Source of the DNA: Lachnospiraceae bacterium
Lineage (GTDB): Bacteria; Bacillota; Clostridia; Lachnospirales; Lachnospiraceae
Length of the DNA stretch: 64,000 bases
NCBI GenBank assembly: GCA_900768755.1
Contig: CAAGDV010000025.1
Location: 39,355 to 103,354 of the forward strand
Reading direction: 5' to 3'
The notes beneath the pieces were generated by a model. That model had not been told where the DNA came from. It was given only the letters and a program-made list of their open reading frames with translations, and did not search any database. Both the position numbers and the translations under genes were made by a program. This document shows positions 17,656 to 28,685 of this stretch, in pieces. Within the stretch, counting starts at the first letter, position 1, and the number at the start of each line of letters is the position of its first letter.

Positions 17656-20304
17656 TTACTCAGTCCTCAGCGCAATAACAGGGTCTTTCCGTGAAGCAAC
17701 CTTTGCAGGGATGAGCCCGGCGATGAGGGTGAGGCCTACGCTGATGATAATCAGTATGACCGCGCCCTGCCACGGCAGTTTGGCGACGCCTGAGATGCCT
17801 GACAAAGCTTTGATTAAAATGTTGGCAGGTATATCAAGGAGCAGGGTGATTCCTATTCCCAACACGCCCGAAACCAGTCCTACTATCATGGTCTCTGCAT
17901 TAAAGACTCTTGAAACATCGTGTTTTGAGGCACCGATACTTCTTAAGATACCGATTTCCTTAGTCCGTTCAAGAACAGAGATGTATGTGATGATACCAAT
18001 CATGATTGATGAAACCACAAGCGAAATCGATACAAATGCTATCAGGACATACGATATTGCATTTACGATTGTGCTGACTGACGACATCATAAGTCCGATG
18101 TAGTCGGTGTAGGTTATCTCAAGATTGTCATTGCCTTCAGCGAGAACTTTTTTGTTGTAATCACTTATGATTGAGGTAATCTTATCCTTGCCGGCAAAAT
18201 CCTTTGCGTAGATGCTGATTCTGTAAGGAACGTCAGGGTCCGCATATCCGAGAAGTGAAAGGTTGGTGCTGTATGAGCTTGTTGACTGTGTCTGAAGCTG
18301 CGCCTTAAACATCTCAAGAATCTGGTCCTCACTCATGAGTGAGAGGGCAGCCTGATACTGCTGCTGTTGCTCAAGCGGAAGGGTGGCGATGTATGCATAG
18401 ATATCTTCGATGGTGATTTTTTCAATCTCCTCATCTGCGTTGACGAACGGAAGAGAGGTGAAGACATCAATCTCGGGGTCGGCAAGCTGCTTTTTGATAA
18501 GCTCGGAACGATTGGTCTCCTCGATAACCTTCATTGTGAGGTCTTTTGTGTATGCGATTGTTCCGTTTATGGAGGTCGCAACCGCGTCCTCATCAGGCTC
18601 AATGATTCCGACGATTTTTAACGGCATGCCTTCTGCAACCAGCTTGTTCAGATACTCTTCATCAGAGGAACGGTCTTCCCATCTGCCGGATTTCTCATCG
18701 TATTCGTAGTAATCGCAAGGAAGAACCAGGCTGAAATTCAAGTTAAAAATATCATCATAAGAATAAACGGTATCGTCAGTGTTAATCGTGTTGCCGTTTC
18801 CAATCTGGGAAAAAATGTTTTTCAGCTCGGAAGCATCCTTAAGTCCGAGTGCGTAGAGCGTCACATCGGAGATGGTGTGATGCTCGTCGGTTACGAGAAC
18901 GACTTCGTTGTAAGCCGAAGGCCATCTTCCGGCAAGAATATTGTATTGTTCATTAAGAAGCTCCTGATTGTCAATCATCTCGACCCACATATTGGAATTA
19001 CTGTAGTATGACATCATCTGGGAGGAGTCGCTTCCCATTGATACGCCCATGATGTCTTCCATGAGAGTGCTCGGGTTGACTTTGACGGTGCCGTTTTCGG
19101 TGCCGGTAGCATATATGTTAAGGTCAATCTGGTATGAATATTTTATATCCGATATGTATTCTGCAATATTGGTTGCAGGGTCCTCAAGATACTCTTTAAG
19201 CTCCTTGAGGCTGTTTGTCTTGACTTCGGACATCATGGCGTTAATCATGTCGCCGAGTATGGAATTGGTGTACAGAAATCCCGGCTCAGGATTCTCGATG
19301 ACGTTGCTTTTTCCGAGCATCTGCTCCATGAGACCGGACATATCCATCTGCTCGCTCTCGATTGTGATGGGGTATGTTGAAATTGTGTCTTCCTGGACTC
19401 TGTCGATATATGCCTGAAAACCGTTTGAAAGCGAAAGAATGAGTGCGATTCCTATTATTCCGATACTTCCGGCAAAAGAAGTGAGGAAGGTACGACCTTT
19501 TTTTGTCAGCAGGTTCTTAAAGCTTAACGAGAGGGCAGTAAAAAATGACATTGAGACGCCGGCCTTCTTGTTTTTTTTCTTTGGAACGGTAGGAGAAGTG
19601 ACCTGCGTTGGTTCTGATGTCTCTGCCATATACGGATTACTGTCATCAATTACTTTTCCGTCGAGAAGGCGGATGATTCTTGTTGAGTACTGCTCGGCAA
19701 GCTCCCCGTTGTGCGTTACCATGATGATGAGCTTATCGTCGGCAATCTCTTTTAATATATTCATAATCTGTACGCTTGTCTCAGAGTCAAGTGCGCCTGT
19801 CGGCTCATCGGCAAGAATGATATCGGGGTCGTTGACGAGGGCGCGGGCGATTGCAACACGCTGCATCTGGCCGCCGGACATCTGGTTGGGCTTCTTGTGA
19901 AGCTGGTCGCCGAGGCCGACTTTCTTGAGGGCTTCCGTAGCACGTTTGACGCGCTCGGATTTGGATACGCCCGAAAGAGTGAGCGCAAGTTCTACATTGG
20001 AAAGAACAGTCTGGTGCGGAATAAGATTATAGTTCTGAAATACAAAACCTATCTTATGGTTGCGGTAGCTGTCCCAGTCGCGGTCCTTAAAAAGCTTTGT
20101 GGAGCGTCCGCCAATGACGAGGTCCCCGCTTGTATATCTGTCCAGACCGCCTATTATATTGAGCATGGTTGTTTTGCCGCATCCGGACGGACCGAGTATG
20201 GATACAAACTCATGCTCACGGAAATCGAGAGTTATGCCCTTAAGAGCCATAACCTCAGAATCACCCGCAATGTAGTTCTTTGTAATATTATTGAGACTTA
20301 ACAT
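17656..20304 (-). CDS. MacB-like ABC transporter, fused ATP-binding and FtsX-like permease domains
   Basis: N-terminal [35 protein letters not shown]. Large extracytoplasmic domain and C-terminal 4-TM FtsX-type region. Confidence 0.85.
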   Translation of the reverse strand: MLSLNNITKNYIAGDSEVMALKGITLDFREHEFVSILGPSGCGKTTMLNIIGGLDRYTSGDLVIGGRSTKLFKDRDWDSYRNHKIGFVFQNYNLIPHQTVLSNVELALTLSGVSKSERVKRATEALKKVGLGDQLHKKPNQMSGGQMQRVAIARALVNDPDIILADEPTGALDSETSVQIMNILKEIADDKLIIMVTHNGELAEQYSTRIIRLLDGKVIDDSNPYMAETSEPTQVTSPTVPKKKNKKAGVSMSFFTALSLSFKNLLTKKGRTFLTSFAGSIGIIGIALILSLSNGFQAYIDRVQEDTISTYPITIESEQMDMSGLMEQMLGKSNVIENPEPGFLYTNSILGDMINAMMSEVKTNSLKELKEYLEDPATNIAEYISDIKYSYQIDLNIYATGTENGTVKVNPSTLMEDIMGVSMGSDSSQMMSYYSNSNMWVEMIDNQELLNEQYNILAGRWPSAYNEVVLVTDEHHTISDVTLYALGLKDASELKNIFSQIGNGNTINTDDTVYSYDDIFNLNFSLVLPCDYYEYDEKSGRWEDRSSDEEYLNKLVAEGMPLKIVGIIEPDEDAVATSINGTIAYTKDLTMKVIEETNRSELIKKQLADPEIDVFTSLPFVNADEEIEKITIEDIYAYIATLPLEQQQQYQAALSLMSEDQILEMFKAQLQTQSTSSYSTNLSLLGYADPDVPYRISIYAKDFAGKDKITSIISDYNKKVLAEGNDNLEITYTDYIGLMMSSVSTIVNAISYVLIAFVSISLVVSSIMIGIITYISVLERTKEIGILRSIGASKHDVSRVFNAETMIVGLVSGVLGIGITLLLDIPANILIKALSGISGVAKLPWQGAVILIIISVGLTLIAGLIPAKVASRKDPVIALRTE

Positions 20305-20440
20305 ACGGTTATCCTTTCTTTGCTGTGATATTCATTTTCTTATTGTAACGAAAGTAAAAAAAATATCAATAGACAAAAAATAAAATTTTTATAAAAATAA
20401 TACAAATTCAAAGATTTTTGCTGATTTATTTGGGGTTCTG

Positions 20441-20449
20441 TGTTACAAT
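20441..20449 (+). promoter_or_regulatory. extended -10 (TGtTACAAT) for the deacetylase gene
   Basis: tgttacaat lies 54 nt upstream of the ATG at 20503. -35 is poorly defined. Confidence 0.35.
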
Positions 20450-20502
20450 ATGATAAATATGTCTGTATAGTGTGTGCAAGAGCACATAAGAAGGAGAATC
20501 AT

Positions 20503-21558
20503 ATGAAAGAGGACAGCGACGTCATATCAGAGAGAGAGCAGCGAAAGAAAAGGGTCAGATTATACAAAAGGATAATTTTGATATTGCTATTTTCCATAAT
20601 TATCCTGCCGACGATTCTTTGCATAATTCTTTTTGCCAAGCTTAACAGGATGAATGACAGGATTTCTAAGCTTAGCGCTTTGATTGAGCAGGAATCTGCT
20701 TATAATTCAGGGGCAAGTGAGGATGACACGGATTCGACCCCGACATCGGGGGATAACCTTGACGGGGATGTAACATCGGGTGAGGATGCATCCGCTCCGA
20801 CGAATTCGTCGGAGACAGAACCGGAGACAGAACCGGAGACAGAGCCGGAGACAGAGCCGGAGACGAGCGAAGCACCAACGGATCCTGCCAATACGCAGAA
20901 CACTCAGGAGCCGGGTGAAAAGGAACTGGTGGCGCAGGCCTTGGCAGAGGGCCGCAAGGTTGTGTATCTTACCTTTGACGACGGACCGTACAACAATACC
21001 AACAATCTTTTGGATCTGCTGGCAAAATATAATGTAAAGGCAACGTTTTTTGTCGTCGGTAACAAAATGCACAATGACAGCCTTCAGCGCATTGTCAACG
21101 AGGGACACAGCATCGGAATCCATTCGGTAACACATGATTACGCCAAGATATATGCCAGTGTTGATGCACTTGCCGAAGAGATATATGAGATGCAGGATTA
21201 TATTTTTCAGGTGACGGGATATAAGACATATCTTTTCAGATTTCCCGGAGGCTCAAGTAACAGCAAGACCAAGATACCTATTTCCGAATTTACGAGTTTT
21301 CTTAATGAGAACGGATTTACATATTTTGACTGGAATGTGTCGTCGGGCGACGGAGGAAACGTGATATCGTCTGACGAGGTTTACAATAATGTTATGAATG
21401 GCCTCAGCAAGGTCCAGAGTGCAGTTGTGCTGATGCATGATTCGCAGGGCAAGCTTACAACATACGAGGCGCTGCCGAGGATAATCGAGACTCTGCAGGC
21501 GCAGAATGCACTAATTTTACCTATTACTGAGGATACGGTGCCGGTGCACCACCGATAA
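20503..21558 (+). CDS. polysaccharide deacetylase (NodB domain), membrane-anchored with acidic Pro/Glu/Thr linker
   Basis: VYLTFDDGP, IGIHSVTHDY, N-terminal TM, linker (ETEP)n. RBS aaggag. Confidence 0.8.
   Translation: MKEDSDVISEREQRKKRVRLYKRIILILLFSIIILPTILCIILFAKLNRMNDRISKLSALIEQESAYNSGASEDDTDSTPTSGDNLDGDVTSGEDASAPTNSSETEPETEPETEPETEPETSEAPTDPANTQNTQEPGEKELVAQALAEGRKVVYLTFDDGPYNNTNNLLDLLAKYNVKATFFVVGNKMHNDSLQRIVNEGHSIGIHSVTHDYAKIYASVDALAEEIYEMQDYIFQVTGYKTYLFRFPGGSSNSKTKIPISEFTSFLNENGFTYFDWNVSSGDGGNVISSDEVYNNVMNGLSKVQSAVVLMHDSQGKLTTYEALPRIIETLQAQNALILPITEDTVPVHHR
20814..20867 (+). repeat. 12-nt tandem repeat gagacagaaccg x~4.5 encoding (ETEP)n
   Basis: Read directly from the sequence. Confidence 0.85.
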
Positions 21559-21588
21559 CCAGACAATTTAATTAAGGAGGATTTTATA

Positions 21589-22347
21589 ATGGGTTTTTTT
21601 AAAGATTTTAAAGAGGATTTGTCACAGGCTGTCAGCGAGTTGTCTGATGATGCAGGAAAGCTTATGGGCGGGAGCGCGGAAGAAGAGAAGGTTATTGACG
21701 ATGACGCAATGGTAGACACTCTTATGGAAGACGAAGAGGCTGAGATTCAGATGGAACAGTCACTTAAGAATCTTGTTAATTCTCTTGACGATGAGCCGGA
21801 GGCAGAAGAGGAGGACGAGAGCAGTGCTTTCGAGGAAGATATTGAGGAGAGAACTGACGATCCGGATGATAAGCAGGAGATTTCAGGCGATACTGCAAGC
21901 GATGAGACTACAATAATTACGCCGGGTCTTGCAATCAAAGGTGATATTACATGCAATGGTTCAATTGAGCTTCTCGGTAAGGTTGAGGGTAATGTTACCT
22001 GCCGCGGAAAGCTTGTTGTGAGCGGAGCGATAGAGGGAAATTCATCGTCTTCCGATTTCTATGCGGACAAAGCACGCATCACAGGAGATATTACCTGTGA
22101 GGGTCCTGCCAAAATCGGCAACGGCTCCGTTATCATCGGCAACCTCGTTGCAACCTCAGCGGTTATCGCCGGTGCAATCAAGGGAGACATCGATGTTCAG
22201 GGACCGGTTATTGTTGACACAACCGCAATTGTTATGGGCAACATCAAATCAAAACTTGTCCAGATTAATAACGGCGCGGTGCTTGAGGGATATGTATCGC
22301 AGTGCTATTCGGACAACAGCCCGAAGAAATTTTTCGGTAATCTATAA
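21589..22347 (+). CDS. bactofilin-family cytoskeletal protein with acidic N-terminal extension
   Basis: Repetitive β-helix G-x-I/V motifs (GDITCNGSIELLGKVEGNVTCRGKLVVSGAIEG…), DUF583-like. Confidence 0.7.
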   Translation: MGFFKDFKEDLSQAVSELSDDAGKLMGGSAEEEKVIDDDAMVDTLMEDEEAEIQMEQSLKNLVNSLDDEPEAEEEDESSAFEEDIEERTDDPDDKQEISGDTASDETTIITPGLAIKGDITCNGSIELLGKVEGNVTCRGKLVVSGAIEGNSSSSDFYADKARITGDITCEGPAKIGNGSVIIGNLVATSAVIAGAIKGDIDVQGPVIVDTTAIVMGNIKSKLVQINNGAVLEGYVSQCYSDNSPKKFFGNL

Positions 22348-22361
22348 TCAGTGAGGTTTTT

Positions 22362-23063
22362 ATGAAAGAGAAAAGAATTTTGTTAAAATTAAGCGGTGAG
22401 GCTTTGGCAGGAGACCGTCACACAGGATTTGATGAGGCAACCGTTCTTGAAATTGCAAGACAGGTAAGAATCATACACGATGATGGAGCCGAGATTGGCG
22501 TTGTTATCGGCGGAGGCAATTTCTGGCGCGGACGTACGAGCGAGAATATGGACAGGACAAAGGCTGACCAGATCGGAATGCTTGCAACGATTATGAACTG
22601 TATATATGTATCAGAGATGTTCAGAAGCGTCGGACTTGAGACTGAGATTCTTACTCCGTTTACATGCGGAGCCATGACCAAGCTGTTTTCAAAAGACCGC
22701 GCCAACAAATATTTTGCGCAGGGACGCATCGTATTTTTTGCCGGAGGAACGGGACATCCCTATTTCTCAACAGATACGGGCATTGTGCTTCGGGCAATTG
22801 AGATGGAGGCGGACGCAATATATCTCGCAAAGGCGATTGACGGCGTGTATGACAAAGACCCCAAGACCAATCCGGATGCTGTCAAGTTCGACACGGTATC
22901 TATTGACGAGGTAATAGAGAAGAAACTTGCGGTAATCGATATGACCGCTTCGGTTATGTGCATGGAGAATAAGATGCCGCTTGTTGTTTTCGGCCTTAAT
23001 GAGGCTGACAGCATTATCAACACCTATAACGGAAAATTCAACGGAACAGTTGTAACAGTTTAA
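22362..23063 (+). CDS. pyrH: UMP kinase
   Basis: ILLKLSGEALAG…, GGGNFWRG. Confidence 0.95.
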   Translation: MKEKRILLKLSGEALAGDRHTGFDEATVLEIARQVRIIHDDGAEIGVVIGGGNFWRGRTSENMDRTKADQIGMLATIMNCIYVSEMFRSVGLETEILTPFTCGAMTKLFSKDRANKYFAQGRIVFFAGGTGHPYFSTDTGIVLRAIEMEADAIYLAKAIDGVYDKDPKTNPDAVKFDTVSIDEVIEKKLAVIDMTASVMCMENKMPLVVFGLNEADSIINTYNGKFNGTVVTV

Positions 23064-23087
23064 ATTAATATTAATCGGAGGTTCATT

Positions 23088-23642
23088 ATGAGCGAAATTA
23101 CTAAAATATACGAAGATAAGATGGCAAAGAGCCTTGATGCTCTTGAAAACGAATTTGCCACAATCAGGGCAGGAAGAGCCAATCCGCATATTCTCGACAA
23201 ATTGTCGGTTGAGTACTACGGAACGATGACTCCGCTTCAGCAGGTTGCCAACATATCTGTGCCGGAGGCGCGAATCATACAGATTCAGCCTTGGGAGAGC
23301 TCACTTATCAAAGGAATCGAGAAGGCTATTCTCACATCGGATTTGGGACTCACACCGTCCAACGACGGCAAAATAATCAGACTTGTTTTCCCGGAACTGA
23401 CAGAGGACAGACGTAAAGAGATTGTTAAGGACATTAAGAAAAAAGGCGAGAACGCGAAAGTTGCCGTAAGAAATGTCAGAAGAGATGCCAACGACGCGAT
23501 TAAGAAGACTGCAAAGGAAAGCGATATGTCTGAGGATGAAGTAAAGAATACAGAGGCAGATATCCAGAAGATTACTGACAAGTACATCGCTGAGATTGAC
23601 AAGGCCGTTGACAGTAAAACAAAGGAAATTATGACGGTTTAG
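23088..23642 (+). CDS. frr: ribosome recycling factor
   Basis: Full-length, typical RRF sequence and pyrH-frr synteny. Confidence 0.95.
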   Translation: MSEITKIYEDKMAKSLDALENEFATIRAGRANPHILDKLSVEYYGTMTPLQQVANISVPEARIIQIQPWESSLIKGIEKAILTSDLGLTPSNDGKIIRLVFPELTEDRRKEIVKDIKKKGENAKVAVRNVRRDANDAIKKTAKESDMSEDEVKNTEADIQKITDKYIAEIDKAVDSKTKEIMTV

Positions 23643-23643
23643 T

Positions 23644-24378
23644 ATGGATAATTATAATGAAAAGCTGGGACTTAATGTACCCGAGCATGTCGGCATAATT
23701 CTTGACGGCAACGGACGCTGGGCCAAAAAACGCCTTATGCCGCGTAATTTCGGACATGTGCAGGGAAGTAAGGTACTTGAGCAGATCTGCGAAGATGCAG
23801 ACGAAATAGGTATAAAATATCTCACTGTTTATGTTTTTTCAACCGAGAACTGGAAACGCTCCGAATCGGAGGTCAGCGGTTTAATGACGATTCTTAGGGG
23901 ATACCTTAAGGATTGCATCAAGCGCGCGGCGCGCAACAATATGAAGGTGCGCATTCTCGGCAGAAGAGACAGGCTTGACGCCGATATCATAAAGAGCATT
24001 ACAGAGCTTGAAGAGGCGTCAAAGAACAACACAGGCCTTGTCTTTCAGGTTGCGCTGAATTACGGCGCGAGGGATGAGATGATACGTGCGATGAGAAGGA
24101 TGACTGCGGACATAATCGAGAACAGACAGTCACCCGAATGCATTGACGAGGAATTGTTTTCTTCATACCTTGACACGGCAGGGACACCGGATCCGGATTT
24201 GATAATACGAACAAGCGGAGAACAGAGGATATCCAATTTTCTTTTGTGGCAGTGCGCGTATTCCGAATTTGATTTTCCGGAAATTTTGTGGCCGGATTTT
24301 AACAAGAACAGACTGATTGAGGCTGTTAAGAGGTATAATAGTAAAGACAGACGTTTTGGCGGAGTTAAGGAGGAGTAA
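23644..24378 (+). CDS. uppS: isoprenyl transferase / undecaprenyl-diphosphate synthase
   Basis: HVGIILDGNGRWAKKR, RTSGEQRISNFLLWQ. Confidence 0.95.
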   Translation: MDNYNEKLGLNVPEHVGIILDGNGRWAKKRLMPRNFGHVQGSKVLEQICEDADEIGIKYLTVYVFSTENWKRSESEVSGLMTILRGYLKDCIKRAARNNMKVRILGRRDRLDADIIKSITELEEASKNNTGLVFQVALNYGARDEMIRAMRRMTADIIENRQSPECIDEELFSSYLDTAGTPDPDLIIRTSGEQRISNFLLWQCAYSEFDFPEILWPDFNKNRLIEAVKRYNSKDRRFGGVKEE

Positions 24379-24379
24379 T

Positions 24380-25183
24380 ATGCTTACCAGAATTATAAGT
24401 GCGGCGGTTCTTACGCTGATATTAGTCGGTTCCGTTATCGGTGGGCGTATAAGTATGTTTATATTGTCTTTTACGATTTCTGCCATTGGCATGTTTGAAT
24501 TGTACCGTGTGGTCGGAGTTCACAAAAAGCCGATTGGAATAGTCGGATATCTTATCGCAGCGGGGTACTATGCTCTTTTATGGTTCGGACTTATGGATTA
24601 TATGATGTATTTCTGCGTTGGTTCGGCAATACTGATAATGTTTACGTATGTCTGCTCATTTGCAACCGTGAAGGCAAGTCAGGCAGCGTTTACTTTTCTC
24701 GGAATATATTATGTTGCCATACCGCTTTCATTTTTGTACCAGATAAGAATGATTGACCGATACGGAATATATCTGTTCATACTTCTGTTTGTGTGTTCGT
24801 GGATTGCCGATACGTTTGCGTATTTTACGGGGGTATTGATTGGAAGGCATAAGCTTGTGCCGCGCCTAAGCCCCAAAAAATCCGTTGAGGGAGCAATCGG
24901 CGGAGTTGTAGGCGCTGCCGTAATCGGACTTATATACGGATTAGTTTTGGAGAACATTACGGGAATCAAAGCAGGCATTCCGTTTACCATCATCAGTGCA
25001 ATCGGTGCCTTTATCTCGATTTTCGGAGATTTGGCGGCGTCGGCGATTAAGCGTAATTTTGACATTAAAGATTACGGCAAACTGATTCCGGGACACGGCG
25101 GAATACTTGACCGGTTTGACAGCATGATTTTTGTCGCTCCGATAATCTATATTGCAGCGATGCTTCTGGCACCGCTTATGTAA
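24380..25183 (+). CDS. cdsA: phosphatidate cytidylyltransferase
   Basis: Polytopic. C-terminal KRNFDIKDYGKLIPGHGGILDRFDS. ATG at 24380 follows ggaggagt. Confidence 0.9.
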   Translation: MLTRIISAAVLTLILVGSVIGGRISMFILSFTISAIGMFELYRVVGVHKKPIGIVGYLIAAGYYALLWFGLMDYMMYFCVGSAILIMFTYVCSFATVKASQAAFTFLGIYYVAIPLSFLYQIRMIDRYGIYLFILLFVCSWIADTFAYFTGVLIGRHKLVPRLSPKKSVEGAIGGVVGAAVIGLIYGLVLENITGIKAGIPFTIISAIGAFISIFGDLAASAIKRNFDIKDYGKLIPGHGGILDRFDSMIFVAPIIYIAAMLLAPLM

Positions 25184-25196
25184 GACAGGTGGTTTT

Positions 25197-26330
25197 ATGA
25201 TAAATATATCAATTCTGGGGTCCACGGGTTCCATCGGAACCCAGACTCTTGATGTTGTGCGCAATAACAATGACATTAATGTGGTGGCACTCGCTGCCGG
25301 ACATAATATCGAAGCTTTGGCTAAGCAGATAATTGAGTTTAGACCAAAGCTTGTTTGCGTTGCTGATGAAAAAGATATCCCAAGGCTTTTGGAATTAACG
25401 GGCGAAGTCCGCTACGAGATTAGCCACGGCATGGACGGACTCATTGAAGCCGCAACTGCAAAAGAAGCGGGAATTGTCGTCACGGCGATTGTAGGAATGC
25501 TTGGAATCAGACCGACGATTGAGGCGATAAAGACAGGGCATGATATTGCCCTTGCCAACAAGGAGACTCTTGTGACCGCAGGCCACATCATTATGCCGAT
25601 GGCAAAAGAATACGGGGTAAAAATACTCCCGGTTGACAGCGAGCACAGCGCTGTTTTTCAGTCGCTTAACGGTGAAAATCCCGACACAATCGACCGGATT
25701 CTTCTCACTGCGTCGGGCGGTCCTTTTCGTGGCATGACGAGGGAGCAGATGCGTGATGTCAAGCCAAAAGATGCCCTTAAGCATCCCAACTGGTCGATGG
25801 GGAGAAAAATTACCATCGACTCTGCTACAATGGTCAACAAAGGACTTGAAGTCATGGAGGCGGGCTGGCTGTTTGGAGTTCCGCTTTCAAAGGTTTCGGT
25901 TGTGGTCCAGCCGCAAAGCGTCATTCATTCGATGGTGCAGTTTGTTGACGGAAGTATTATGGCACAGCTCGGCTGTCCGGATATGAGGCTTCCGATTCAG
26001 TACGCTTTGTATTATCCGCACAGAAAGCCTATGAACAGTGAACGCCTTGATTTTGCAAAGCTCGGTTCTATAAGCTTTGAAGAGCCTGACATGGTTAACT
26101 TTAAGGGACTGGCGCTGGCATACGAGGTCGGCAGCCGCGGCGGCAACGCTCCGGTTGTGTACAATGCGGCAAATGAGCTTGCGGTTTCTTTGTTTTTGAA
26201 CGGAAAGATTGGCTTCCTTGACATAACCGATATGATTGAGAAGGCACTAAGCTGCATAGAATATATAGATAATCCCGGAGTGGATGATATTTTGGAGACG
26301 GAAAGAGCAGTATATCAGCTGTTTGGGTGA
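25197..26330 (+). CDS. dxr: 1-deoxy-D-xylulose 5-phosphate reductoisomerase
   Basis: ILGSTGSIGTQTLDV, LANKE, HPNWSMG. Confidence 0.95.
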   Translation: MINISILGSTGSIGTQTLDVVRNNNDINVVALAAGHNIEALAKQIIEFRPKLVCVADEKDIPRLLELTGEVRYEISHGMDGLIEAATAKEAGIVVTAIVGMLGIRPTIEAIKTGHDIALANKETLVTAGHIIMPMAKEYGVKILPVDSEHSAVFQSLNGENPDTIDRILLTASGGPFRGMTREQMRDVKPKDALKHPNWSMGRKITIDSATMVNKGLEVMEAGWLFGVPLSKVSVVVQPQSVIHSMVQFVDGSIMAQLGCPDMRLPIQYALYYPHRKPMNSERLDFAKLGSISFEEPDMVNFKGLALAYEVGSRGGNAPVVYNAANELAVSLFLNGKIGFLDITDMIEKALSCIEYIDNPGVDDILETERAVYQLFG

Positions 26331-26336
26331 TGAGTA

Positions 26337-27617
26337 ATGAAATATCTTTTAGCTTTTTTGGTATTAAGCATAATTGTGATGGTGCACGAATTCGGGCATT
26401 TTGTCATAGCAAAAGTAAGCGGCGTCACCGTGACGGAGTTTTCCATCGGAATGGGACCGAGAATCCTCAAATTCACGCGCAAAGGAACGATGTACAGCCT
26501 TAAACTGTTTTTGTTCGGAGGCTCGTGCAGAATGCTCGGCGAGGACGAGGACAACAGCGCGGAAGGTTCTTTTAACAGCGTGTCGGTGTGGAGAAGAATT
26601 GCCATTGTCGCTGCGGGGCCGGTGTTTAATTTTGTCCTGGCTTTTGTGCTTTCGGTGGTGCTTATCGGCACAATCGGATATGACCCGTGCGTGATTTACA
26701 GCGTGGATGAGAAATCGCCCGCCGCGGAGGCAGGGCTTCTGCCTGATGATCGGATTGTCAAAATCAATAAGACCAAAATAACCTTCTACGGAGACTACAG
26801 CATTTACACCATGGAAAATGACAAAGACCCCATGGAGATTACCTATATCCGCGACGGCAGTAAATATACTACCACGGTTACGCCGGAATATGTCGACCGT
26901 GATGTGTACCAGATGGGCGTTCTTATGAACAACGACGCACCGAGCCTTTACAGTGTTTCCGAGAATACTCCCGCGGAGAGTGCGGGACTTAAAGCCGGCG
27001 ATTTGATTTTGAGCATCAACGGTGTGACTATTAACTCCACGGAGGAAGTTTCGCCTGCAGTCAATTCAAGTAACGGCGAGCCGATTACCGTTGTTGTCAG
27101 AAGAGACGGGCAGGAGATGTCTTTTACCTTTACGCCTAACAAGGTCCATCAGACATATTATTACAGCGGAATGAACATGTCGGGCATGCGTGTGAAGTGC
27201 AATCCCCTTGAGACCGTAAAATACTCTTTCAAATACACCGGATACTGGATAAAAGCGGTGTTTAAGAGCCTTAAGATGCTGATTCTCGGCAAGGTTTCAG
27301 CCAACGAGGTTTCAGGACCGGTCGGAATTGTATCCGCGATAGGCGATATTGTTGAAGAGAGCAAGAGTGACGGAGTGTTGTATATTTTCCTCAACCTCGT
27401 TAACTGGTGCGTCATGATAAGCGCCAACTTAGGAGTCATGAACCTGCTTCCGATACCCGCTTTAGACGGCGGAAGGCTGGTATTCCTTGCAATAGAGGCA
27501 GTCAGAAAGAAACCTGTCCCGAGGGAAAAAGAGGGAATGGTTCATTTTATCGGAATAGTGCTTTTGATGATTCTTATGGTTGTTATTCTGATAAATGATA
27601 TCAGAAAATTGTTTTAG
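26337..27617 (+). CDS. rseP: RIP zinc metalloprotease (site-2 protease)
   Basis: HEFGHF, internal PDZ regions, C-terminal LDGG motif. Confidence 0.9.
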   Translation: MKYLLAFLVLSIIVMVHEFGHFVIAKVSGVTVTEFSIGMGPRILKFTRKGTMYSLKLFLFGGSCRMLGEDEDNSAEGSFNSVSVWRRIAIVAAGPVFNFVLAFVLSVVLIGTIGYDPCVIYSVDEKSPAAEAGLLPDDRIVKINKTKITFYGDYSIYTMENDKDPMEITYIRDGSKYTTTVTPEYVDRDVYQMGVLMNNDAPSLYSVSENTPAESAGLKAGDLILSINGVTINSTEEVSPAVNSSNGEPITVVVRRDGQEMSFTFTPNKVHQTYYYSGMNMSGMRVKCNPLETVKYSFKYTGYWIKAVFKSLKMLILGKVSANEVSGPVGIVSAIGDIVEESKSDGVLYIFLNLVNWCVMISANLGVMNLLPIPALDGGRLVFLAIEAVRKKPVPREKEGMVHFIGIVLLMILMVVILINDIRKLF

Positions 27618-27628
27618 TGAGGTTAAAT

Positions 27629-28684
27629 ATGTATCGCGACAACACCAAGGTTATACGGATTGGCAATAAGGTAATAGGCGGCGGCAATCCAATTCTCATC
27701 CAGTCAATGACCAACACAAGGACTGAGGACGCCGATGCGACAATTGAACAGATACAGAGGCTTACAAAAGCAGGCTGCGACATTGTTCGTTGCACCGTAC
27801 CGACCGCTGAGGCCGCAGAGGCAATCGGCATAATAAAAAAGCATGTCAGTATACCTGTTGTTGCTGACATTCATTTTGATTACAGAATGGCAATTCTCGC
27901 CATGCAAAACGGTGCCGACAAAATCCGCATCAATCCCGGCAATATCGGCGGCGACGACAGAATTAAGGAAGTCGTTGACTGCGCGAGAGCATACGGCGTG
28001 CCGATAAGAGTCGGTGTAAACAGCGGCTCACTGGAAAAAGAGCTTGTCGCAAAATACGGAGGAGTGACGGCGGAAGGACTTGTCGAGAGTGCGCTTGACA
28101 AAGTTTCGGTCATTGAGCGCTTCAATTACGACAACATCGTTGTCAGCATAAAATCCTCTGATGTTATGATGTGCGCCAGGGCGCATGAGCTTATTGCGCC
28201 GAAGTGCCCATACCCGCTGCATGTCGGAATTACGGAGGCGGGCACAGTATATTCGGGCAACATCAAATCAGCCCTCGGACTCGGAATGATTCTTTCAAAA
28301 GGAATCGGTGACACGATAAGGGTGTCCTTAACCGGCGACCCGGTTGAGGAGGTCCGCTCCGCAAAGCTGATTCTTCGCACGCTCAAGCTTCGTAAATCGG
28401 GAATAGAGGTTGTATCATGCCCGACCTGCGGACGCACCAGGATTGATTTGATATCACTTGCGGGCAAGGTTGAAAAGCTGGTGGAGAATTATGACCTTGA
28501 TATCAAAGTGGCTGTCATGGGATGCGTTGTCAACGGCCCCGGCGAGGCAAGGGAAGCCGATATCGGAATTGCCGGCGGTGATAAAGAAGGACTTCTCATC
28601 AAAAAAGGTGAGATAGTGAAAAAAGTACCTGAGGATGCACTTTTAAAGGTCCTCAAAGAAGAGTTGGACAGATGGGAAGAGTGA
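27629..28684 (+). CDS. ispG: 4-hydroxy-3-methylbut-2-en-1-yl diphosphate synthase (flavodoxin)
   Basis: Full-length GcpE. C-terminal CPTCGRT…GCVVNGPGE. Confidence 0.95.
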   Translation: MYRDNTKVIRIGNKVIGGGNPILIQSMTNTRTEDADATIEQIQRLTKAGCDIVRCTVPTAEAAEAIGIIKKHVSIPVVADIHFDYRMAILAMQNGADKIRINPGNIGGDDRIKEVVDCARAYGVPIRVGVNSGSLEKELVAKYGGVTAEGLVESALDKVSVIERFNYDNIVVSIKSSDVMMCARAHELIAPKCPYPLHVGITEAGTVYSGNIKSALGLGMILSKGIGDTIRVSLTGDPVEEVRSAKLILRTLKLRKSGIEVVSCPTCGRTRIDLISLAGKVEKLVENYDLDIKVAVMGCVVNGPGEAREADIGIAGGDKEGLLIKKGEIVKKVPEDALLKVLKEELDRWEE

Positions 28685-28685
28685 C

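Noticed and set aside
20672-21135. Minus-strand ORFs (68–142 aa) rich in R/L/C inside the deacetylase gene
   Set aside because: Antisense of the (ETEP)n repeats and coding region. No RBS and compositionally artefactual.
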